DNA from: Macrostomum lignano
Lineage: Eukaryota
Direction: 5' to 3'
Assembly (NCBI GenBank): GCA_002269645.1
Contig: NIVC01003158.1
Span: 103,390 to 167,389, forward strand
DNA length: 64,000 nucleotides
Of this stretch, positions 54,701 through 64,000 are shown piece by piece. A model generated the notes under the pieces. That model had not been told where the DNA came from. It saw only the letters and a list, made by a program, of their open reading frames with translations, and did not search any database. Numbering within the stretch: position 1 is the first letter of the stretch; every line of letters starts with the position of its first letter. A program made the position numbers and the translations under genes.

Positions 54701-54877
54701 GATGACCTTTAGCGACACTGGTGGGGAGTCTGCATCCGCTTCCACTTCCGGTTCTGCGGCCGCTTCTTCTGCTGCCTCTTGAGTCGGTGATGAGCCCTCT
54801 GGTGCTGCCTCATCGCCATCTGCACAGATGGAAGTCTGCGGCTGCATCTCAGCAACTGTCGTGTGGTCTTCGCTCAT
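51762..54877 (-). CDS. UBFD1: Ubiquitin family domain-containing protein 1, 3 exons, ~282 aa
   Basis: Exons 54877-54447 (UBL: LKVIFNKRK...LTGVPVDMQKLMFRGL), 52751-52565 (HRRVLDKYGRP...PLSGMYNRQGAK) and 51992-51762 (VRLTFKLEIDQLWIGTKERT...YWLYWVPCQYV). Phases 2 and 0 are consistent. Confidence 0.92.
52017..52495. repeat. ~21-nt minisatellite in UBFD1 intron 2
   Basis: Copies of GGCGATTCTC(G/A)TGTT(G/T)GTGGG. Confidence 0.9.
52783..54420. repeat. 47/45-nt minisatellite filling UBFD1 intron 1
   Basis: Copies of ACACATCC(C/A)ATCTCGGCCAG(G/A)CCACAA(C/G)CAGACACAAGTGGAC(A/T)CAG. Confidence 0.95.
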
Positions 54878-56769
54878 AGCTCTAGGTAACATAAAAGTCA
54901 GAATTCAAATGTACGAGTAATAGCCCACCCCAGCAATTTTGAGGAAGGCTATTAGAACATATTGGCAAAGAAAAAGGAACACTCAACTCAACATTTAAAA
55001 AAACTATTATGAAGATTATTAGTCTATTTTTTATTTTATAAGTTTAAAGATCTGATACAGATTTTTATATTTTTCATTTTACTCATCAATAAGTCCTTAA
55101 AACTAAACAAATGGCATCCCAACTGAGATTTAAAAATTCAAAACTAGGCAATACTACCAGTTGAAAAATGAAATTAGTGTTTATACAAATTCATACATTG
55201 GCAAGAGCTTTGGCCCAAAACAAAAATAACACAAGGGATTCAATAAACTGTTCCACTTTAAAGACAAAATATCTAGACTTATTTTTGATATTATTTGAGT
55301 AAAAAATAGACAAAGTGAAAGTTTAAAGTCTTGAAATGAGCAATATAGCTGTGATCATGCTATATTAATTGAGTTTTTCTCTTTATATCTAAAGCTGAGT
55401 AGACTGGTCGATTGACCAGGTTTAACGCATATGTCCTCTTAGACGGCTGCCAACTCAAATGCGGGACTTATATATATCAATGCAGAATTTTTCTATGCAA
55501 CAAATAGGCTATTTTAATGTTGAATTTTTTTAAATTAAGTCTGTTAAAAAGCAGAAAACTGGTTTGTTAACCTTCTTTGGCCACTTTTCCTGCTCTGAAC
55601 TGAAAATTTGCATCAATTTTGAGCAATTGCACCACAACTTTTTCCTATCTTGGCAGTGCATTTTCTCTCCAATATGGGTTTTGGGGAGTTTTAAGTGGCT
55701 GCATTTGTACACTTGGACCCTTGCTAACTGGCGAACAGTAAAATTCAATGCATAAACTTGCAAGCCTCTCACTGTAGCAAGCAGTGAATATACACTAAAA
55801 AATTCAATGCTTTAAACTGGGAAGTTCAAATGCAAACTGTTCCTTAAGTTTTAAACTTTCAAAGAAAAGACTTATATTGCTAGAAAGATCTTTCAATGGT
55901 GAGTTTGGGAATATAAGTTTTTTGCTTTAAGTATGAAAAATAAAAGCACAGCATTCAAAGAAACAATTTCTATTCTTTTAACTTTCTGCAAAGATTGTAC
56001 ACATTTTGGGATTGAATGGGGTTTCAACTGACCCCTACCAGTTGGGGGGTTTCAATTTTTAATTGCCACTGTAGTGGAAGGGGGTTGGTTGCTGTGTATT
56101 GGAGGGTTGATTTAGACTGCACAATCATTTTGTTAACTTTAATTGAGACTGATACTGACAGACAGAGAAATTGATTGTGCAACCAATTGTTTTACTTGGT
56201 TCAATTTTTATAGTATCAGCACCTTTGAACACATAGCTCTAAGCAGCTCTAACCTTAACCCTAGCCACCAAGTCCAGAGAGTTGTTTTTTATTTGATGGT
56301 GAGGCTTTTGATGGTTTTCAGTTTCATGGAAAAGATTTCTATTTTGTGGAGAGGATTTTGATGATGTTCAATTTTATGGAAAGGATTTTTTGGAGATTCT
56401 TTGGAGATTAATTGAATGAGGGGATTTGAGTCAAGGGATTCAGCTGATGGATTTCAAGGAATGGAATTCCAGTGACAGGAGTTCTTCCCTTTTCTCCTCT
56501 AGCAGAGGAGTTGGCCTCATTTTTCTACTTGTATATAGCAATAAAAATATTATAAAGTCAGAAATTTCAACTTATTAAAGCTATACCATAATATGAATTT
56601 TATAGGCCTTCATTTTGCTTATTGAAAAAAGCCACAGGAAAGCAGTTTAAAAAATAATAAAACAAAACTTGAAAATCAACACTTAACAAATGCTTGATTG
56701 TTTTTTTTAAATATAAAAGAAAAAGGCTAGAAACATGCAATTTTGTCTTCTTGAAGGTATGGAAGCATC

Positions 56770-57520
56770 AGGCTAATGACAGAATGCTTTGACACTAGCT
56801 AAGGATGTCCAACAGTTGAAGCTTGCCTATTGTCAAGGCTTGATTGGCAAAACTATAGAAATTTGCATCAGGGTGCTTATAGTCATCTGATGTCATTTGC
56901 TGAAGGAGCCAACAGTGTCAGGGTAATGATGGAATGCTTGAAAGATTAGCTGAGGATACCCAGCAGTTGAGGCTTGCCCATTATTGAGACTTGATTGGCT
57001 AAACTAGAGAAATTTGTACTAGTATCCATAGTCACGTGGTGTCATCTGTTGAAGGAGCCAACAATGTCGGGGTAATGACAGAATACTTGAAAGACTACAC
57101 TGTAGCTGAGGATGTCCAACAGTTAAAGCTTGCCCACTGTCAAGGCTTGATTGGCAAAACTATAGAAATTTGTATCAGGGTACTCATAGTCACCTGGTGT
57201 TATCTGTTAAAGGAACCAACAGTGTTGGGGTAATGATGGAATGCTCATGCTCAAAAGACTAGCTAAGGATACCTAGTAGTTGATGTTTGCCCACTATTGA
57301 GGCTTGATTGGCTAAACTAGAAAAATTCCTACCAGTGTCCATAGTCACCCAGTGTCATCTATTAAAGGAACCAACAGTGTCAGGATACTGATAGAATGCT
57401 CATGCTCAAGAGACTAGCTGAGGATACTTAGCAATTGAGGTTTGCCCACTATCAAGGCTTGATTGGCAAAACTAAAGAAATTCGAATTAGGGTATCTATA
57501 GGCACTTGGTACCATCTTAT
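56770..57520. repeat. Diverged ~150-bp tandem repeat, ~5 copies
   Basis: Recurring TGA(C/T)(A/G)GAATGC...GGCTTGATTGGC(A/T)AAACTA...GAAGGA(G/A)CCAACAGTGT units starting near 56777, 56925, 57076, 57234 and 57390. Confidence 0.75.
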
Positions 57521-60500
57521 AAAGGTCTAGAAGCTCTACCTAGTTAAAGGCTACTGACCAACAAAGTCAATGCTGATGCAGACACATTATCAATGTGCTG
57601 ATAAAATTTGGAGGCTTGGCAAGGCTATATTGAGGCATAGTACTGATTGGCACACTGGGGTATATTGACTGTACTAATGTTTATAGGAAAATCTGACTTG
57701 GCAGAATTGTTGAATATCTTAACAGTCTGGATGGCTGGCAACTAGGCCATTCCATATAATTATGGTTGTAATATAACAGACTATTTTTACTTATAAAATG
57801 AAATCTAAAAATAGAATATACTAAACCAATATTTTAAATGAAAGATTATTTTGTCAAGAATATGTTTATAAAGTTTCATATAGATATTATCATTACTTAT
57901 AGATGCTATTAAACCTTGAATGGCACTTATGGTTGTAACAACAGGATTTTTGACATATAGAAACTAAAAGGTAAAAGTCTTATAACATTTTTCATTTTTT
58001 TATATTTTGCAATAGTTTTTTTAAATTTGATTAAGAATATCTTTAGAAGTCATACTCTTTTATTAGAATATATAAACTCAAAAAGGCAACAAAGATACAA
58101 AAGAAAAGGCAGCCTTATGGTTGTAATATTATGGTCGTAACATTTTTTTCTGTCAATTCAGTAACTTTGAAGTACTGATATATTAAAAATATAATAGATT
58201 ATATGGTTGCTAATGTTTTTATCTGATGATGCAAGTACTATAATTTTAGGTATATATAGTTTGTTTTAACCTTTTAAAGCTTTCTATTTGTTTTTAAAAG
58301 GTAGGCCTACATAAACTTAATGATGTCTTTTGCTTAGAAAATGTCCAATTTTTTACAAAAATAACTTTTTGCCAATTGATGATATACTAATCCAACATTT
58401 TATCATTTATTTATTCTTAGATTGTATACATTACATACAAAAAGATTTAGTAAAAAAATTGGCTGATAAGGCAATGACAAGCAAAAATATTGACTTTTAT
58501 TTTCTAAATATGTCCATCTTATATGGAATGCGCCAACTTGATTCTTGTTTGAGAAGGTATACAACAAAAAGTTAGCTTAAGTTCTTTGTGTGCCTACATT
58601 GCTCCAGTATGGTGCAGCAAATATTGTCAAGGAAGGGAGAAATTTTTCCACTTTTTGGTAGTTTGACAGGCAGAAAAATGGCTTGGTAATCCTATTGTTA
58701 ATATGTACTAGTAGCAAAGTTCTTTGTTATAGTCAATTGCCACTTTAAAACTAGTTGTACTTCCACAAATGGCATAATCCAACTTGAGATTATTGGTTGT
58801 CTAGCCATCCAGAGAGTAGGGGTCTAAAAGCAGAAAAGTAAGCAATGGCTTAGGATTAACATAGAATCCTAATTTTCTGAACGAAAAGCTTTATAAATAT
58901 CGATAGAGCAATAAAAAAGGCACAACATATCAAAAGATGAACACTGGATCTGCCTCCTATCAAACGCAATAACAATTTTTGTGCTGAAAAAATGAAAACT
59001 TCCTATCTCCGTAGTGTATTTTTTCGGGAAAAAGTGCCTTCAAAACTTTTCTAAGAAACGAGGTTTCCCGTCCTTCTACTTAAGTCGTCCTTGGTTTTAG
59101 GGAGACCGATCGGAGAATTGTAGTAAGTAGTAGTAAGAGAATTTGGCTCAGGCAATTAGCCTATTTGGCCAATATATTATAGAGCTATGTATTTGGGTCG
59201 TTCTTAAAGTTTAGCGTAAGCAGTGAAACAAATATTTTTGAAAATCAGCCTGAAATATTAAATCTTTTCTTATTGTAGCTCTAAAAGGACTTAAAATATA
59301 AATGCCTCTCATGGGTCTTAATCTTTTTTAACATTGAACTTTTGATGTTAATCTCAACAGAGTGCGCTATTTCATTTTTCGATATATATTTTTATTATCG
59401 CACGAGCTATAATACCCACTTTAGAGAAGCTACATTCTGTTCACGTGGTCTTATTAAAGAAGAAAATTGATAAATGTTATTTATATCTTTGGTTAGCACA
59501 ACCTAGAACCCATTTAACTCTTTCGATTGCAAAGCAGATGTTGTTATTTCGATTTTCGCTAGAAACGTAACATTATTAATGATTAAAAAATCCACTTTTA
59601 ATTAATTTGTTCTGTTGATGGAATCAGCTAATAGCTGCGTTTTCTGATGTTTTTTTAAGAAAGATAGTCATATCTAACACTAAAGTATCAATTAAGGCAG
59701 TTTCATTCAATATAAAAAAAGAAAAGTTAATTAAATTCAATTTTAAGTTTTTTTCAATAGCACAAAATTAACCTAACAAAGAGAGATTTAGCTGACTACA
59801 ACAAAGCAAGTAGCACCAAAGTTATTTTAATTCAAAGTCCTCATCTGTGGGATGAGAAAAAGTACCACTTTTTTGTCTCTAGTTATGAAAAAAAATTTTC
59901 TCAGCACATTGTTAGGTTTTTTGGATGTTTTTTTATGTATTTAGATGAATTTTTGCTATTGATCACCCAATACGAGCGTATGTTAGTCAGAACAAACAGA
60001 ATTTGATTTATGTAGATAAAATCGACTATTTTTCTCTTAAAAACAGTCGTTTTTTGTTGTTTTCACTCAAAAATTTTTTTAACTGATTTAAAATTTGTAT
60101 TGTAAGTTACAAGTAAACATAATGAGTCAAAACAAGAGGTAGTAGAAACTGAAAAGAAAATAAGAGTAACGAATAATAAAAAAGTTGCATGATTTGATCA
60201 GTCAAGAAATAGTATTAAAACAATTTTGCATCTGATTTATTATCAATGAAATTATCTGTCTGAAGCACAAAAAATTAATTTCTTTGAAACATTAAATTCA
60301 TTCTCATATGTGCTGCACTTCATTAAAGATATACATGTAGCAACTTAAACATTCAGTTGATACTTTGCACCTTTGGATGCATATAGCTACTAACAAAAAA
60401 AAGATAAAAGAAAAAACTTAATTGCCATTGATGCTGGCAATGTAATATTAAATATGGTACAGAAAGATGGAATCTCTACAGAGTGCTGCCACACGAATTT

Positions 60501-62712
60501 GTGAAGTGTTTAACAGATTAGTCATGGCAGTCCCATAACAGACATACTATATTTTATATTTACTCTTCGATTGACAATTACGCTTTAGATATGTTTTAGA
60601 TGATGATTTTCCATTGGGACTGACTCTATATATACCGAGGCCGGACACAGTTAAGTGCGGCTGACAGCACTGAAGCGGCGATAAACAGAGAATGCGATGA
60701 GCTGTGGCCTGTGGAGACAGCCATCTGATGTACGAGCATCAGTAGAAGGGAAAGAAATCCAATAGTGTCTTGCTATTGGTTTGTTACATGTACAGCGAAC
60801 ATCTACTTTTATTCTAATGTGATCGATTTAATTCTACTGACCCAATTGGCTAAAGCACTGTAAACTGCACACATCTCGGACGGATATGTAATGCCATTTG
60901 CTGCACTTTTACCTGTTTCTCTGCCAGAACACCAGCATCATTGTATGTGCCACAATGCTAAGATGTGCAGCGGTCCTTTGGATGTGGTTAGTTCTGCAGG
61001 CATCGACGTAATTTATCAAATGAGACGAATTGTATACCGAGCATGACAGCTAGTGCAGGGCCAGAATTGATTACAGAGGTTCGCCAGAGCAATTGCAGTG
61101 ATCCATGTGGCTGCCAAGTCAGACGTCTGTAATAGGCCAACTCACCAAGACCAAAGTATTTAATTTAAATTTATGGCTCTGTTCTTTTAGTAGTTATGCA
61201 GCCTAATTACATAAGAAAATAGTATTGTAAAATAGTAAAATAGTATTAAAGCTATGTTGCAGAATATAAATGCTTGCTGAGTTCTTTTTCAAAAAAACGC
61301 AAGTCTGTTCGAAAAAAAGATACATGTATTTTAGGTTTTAAAAGAAATGGCTTCCTAGCTCATTTACTATATATTTCTAATTCAAAGAACTTTTAATGCT
61401 TTAAAAGACATATTTTGCAAGCCTAATTTTTAGCTAAACCAGTTTTGTAGATTTTAAGCTTCATATTTCAGTGTTAAGTACAATAATTAAGTTCTTGAGT
61501 GGTACAATATCAATTATTTCGGGTGTTTCTTGTTACGCGATAATTTTAAATACAAGCAATTTAGACGAAAAAAACAAAATGCTGATTTAAAAATAATATT
61601 TTCTATTGAAATAATACTTATTAAATAGTAAACATAAAATAAAAATGTATCTTATTTATAAAAAATAAAAGAAAACTTGCATTATTTCACAATTTTTGGT
61701 CGTTTTATTTTCCGTTGCGAAAAATAACAAATTGCTAGATTTCGTCTTAAATATTTGGTTTCTTGTGGTTTTAACGGCAGTTTCTTAATTAAATTGACGA
61801 AAGAATCGTTTTTGCAAAATAATTACTTTATTCAAAAACTTTTTTTTCTGTACCAAAACATCATGACCTTAATTTGAGAACTACCCATTTGGATCGGGGG
61901 TTGTTTCTTGCCGCGTTCAAATCGGTGCTGGATTTCCGGCGGTTCGACAAGTTAAACAAACTCGGGGTGCAGATTGGAGCTCAGGCTGCTAAGTTCCTCA
62001 GGCTCAGGGAGAGGGTAGCTGTGGTCGTAGCCGGGCGGTCTTGTCTTGATGCTGTCTCTTTCAATGCCAATTGCAGATTAGTCGCTACGCGGAGAACTTA
62101 ATAAAATAAACGAATTCGCTAAATATAGTACCAGAAGAAGTAGTAGGTCGCTGCCACCACCGCAGTAATTCACGTAGAAAAGCTTTAAGACGTAATTAGC
62201 TTGAAATAACCTAAGCACTTCTCTTTGATTATAGACTGCAAGGGGTCGATTAATGCTTTCCGAGGTCACAAAAGCTTGACAACTAAACAGCTTAAAATGA
62301 TTTACTGCGCTTGAAATTTACGCGTCCGAAGAGAAGATGGTATACGAGTTCTAGTCTTTATGATTAAAGTTCAAAAAAAGCCAGTAGAAACAATTCATAT
62401 TTAATTTATATTCCTTCCCTCTGGGAACGGCGCAGCGAATCGCAGGCGAATCGCCGGCGAGGACGCGATTTAGTGGCGATTTTTTTTCTTGGCAAAATAT
62501 TGCCTCTGGGGATTTCAAACAAATGTGGTTCACGAAAAAAAATTGGTCATTTCATTTTTTCTTGCTTTAAAATGGGCGATTCAGTGGCGATTTGGTGACG
62601 AGTGATCGCCAGCGAATAATCGCTGGCGAATAGCCATCGAAATCGCTAGCGATTTTTTTTACAAGAAAATTTTTGTTTTGCATATTAAATGATTAAAAAA
62701 TGAATTTGCAGT

Positions 62713-64000
62713 TGATGTTAGGCGTCCCACTTTGTCAGCAGTCTCGGCCCTCGCCTGGGTTACTGTCTGCCGCTGGTCAGCTTCCCACCCCCTTGGCCCG
62801 TCTGTTGCTGCCTTGGCCTGTTCTGCCCTTCTGCGTCTCTGTTCTCAGCCCTCAGCTTCTCTGCTGTGGGCTGTCTCTGTTCGTTCCCGTCCCGTTTTCC
62901 TCTGTCATAGCAATGACAGACTCTGCGTTCTTCGAGTCCTAAAGTGCAGTAAACATGTTTACTGCACTCGTTGGCCCTGTTTACCGGGAGAATCACGTGC
63001 TTTCGGACCCCTCCCTTCTCTAAGGAGAGGAGTGACTCATGTTGCTAAAAATAGCAACTGAGTCACAGCCGCGTGTACTCTTGCCGGAGACCTCAAGTGA
63101 CGTCAGTTCTAAAAATAGAACGAGTCACGAGGTCTTGCGCGCACTGAGAGAATCTCAAGTGACGTCAGTTCTAAAAATAGAACAAGTCACGAGGTCTTGT
63201 GCGTGGTGTTTTCCCGGCTATAAATAGGACCCCTCTCTCCCTTGTTTCCGTCAAGGAGTTGGCTTCTTATCTGCGGAGAATTCACTAAGATCCCGTGTGC
63301 GTCAGTGTCTAACTAAGTGCCCTTTGCGTACTGAATCCGTTTGTACTGGTCTGGCTGAGACCCCACTAAAGCCCAAGCCTAAGGGAGGCTAACACTGCTT
63401 CCCAGCCACCCCTGAGCCCGGCGGGATCTGCTGATCAGGACGCCTTGTTCATTAATCTGCAAATCTGCACGCTGTGCTGAGTTCGTTGACTTGTTTATTT
63501 CGTTCCGACGGGAAGCTCACCTCATCGAAGGCCGAGACCTGAAGGAACTGGTGCAGCACTACCTACGCTACTGAGAGTTGAGAGAACTTCCCACTGAAGA
63601 GGCTCGAGTCATAAGGTAATCCGCAAGGGCCTAAACCGGGAAGAAAACCACTGTACTTCACTGGTGGCAGCGGTGGGATTCAAAGACCTACCAGGCCACC
63701 CCGAGAAAACCCAAACTATTTCACTGGTGACGCAGCGGTGAGATCCGACTACGACACACCCAAGCCAACCCGCTCTTTCAAGAACGACATCGGCCAGCGA
63801 CTACGACGAGTTCAAACATGTTCAACGAACGAGACGAGAGCCGGTGCAGCAGCAGGCTGGATCAGCACATCAGCAGTTCGAGCCTGCGGCAGCGGACGCC
63901 GCAGCAGCAGCAGCGATCAACGACTTTGGTCAGCAGCCGACGCCGAGGCGAGGTGCCAGAAGCGACGTGTCCGATGACCCGCCAGACGAGCTTCTGCAAG
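62713..64000 (+). mobile_element. 5' end of a second LTR retrotransposon (LTR ~62713-63660, truncated by the window end)
   Basis: Starts TGATGT and ends ACTTCA. TATAAATA at 63219-63226; duplicated ~63-bp block containing TGACGTCA. tRNA-Leu PBS follows, then GC-rich gag-like sequence from ~63818. The second LTR is not in the window. Confidence 0.75.
63662..63681 (+). other. Primer binding site, tRNA-Leu
   Basis: TGGTGGCAGCGGTGGGATTC, 1 nt after ...ACTTCA; 20-nt complement of the tRNA-Leu 3' end. Confidence 0.85.

Noticed and set aside
40337-54882. Idea that the flatworm SL 3'-terminal AUG supplies the start codon for all five genes
   Set aside because: It is in frame only for ZCCHC4 (12 nt) and CSTF2 (9 nt) with the best acceptors, which is no better than chance.
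62440-62660. Clustered TCGCCAGCGA-like palindromic motifs
   Set aside because: Probably subterminal motifs of a MITE, but no termini or TSD could be defined.

Overview
Eukaryotic (animal) genomic DNA, most likely a flatworm such as Macrostomum. That assignment is inference from GC-rich exons with poly-Q/poly-A runs, minisatellite-filled introns and 3' splice acceptors just upstream of start codons. Seven host genes could be assembled with exact GT-AG junctions: ARF6 (-), a two-domain GPI-anchored Ly6/uPAR-type gene (+), and five co-oriented minus-strand genes (UBFD1, ZCCHC4, CSTF2, RBM7, NUBP2) that look like a trans-spliced operon. Almost every intron and intercistronic spacer is filled by its own tandem array, which stops about 20-70 nt short of the splice signals. 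Mobile elements: (1) a young 13.1-kb LTR element in ARF6 intron 1 (2.2-kb LTRs, ATTA TSD, tRNA-Leu PBS) with gag and protease but no RT/RNase H/integrase, carrying unknown ORFs and an apparent internal promoter instead; (2) a 6.6-kb foldback element with ~2-kb TIRs and a 6-bp TSD; (3) an internally deleted P-element/THAP transposon with a nested MITE; (4) a hAT MITE nested in a foldback MITE; (5) the start of a second LTR element with a duplicated PBS. Most long ORFs in the supplied track are artefacts of tandem repeats.
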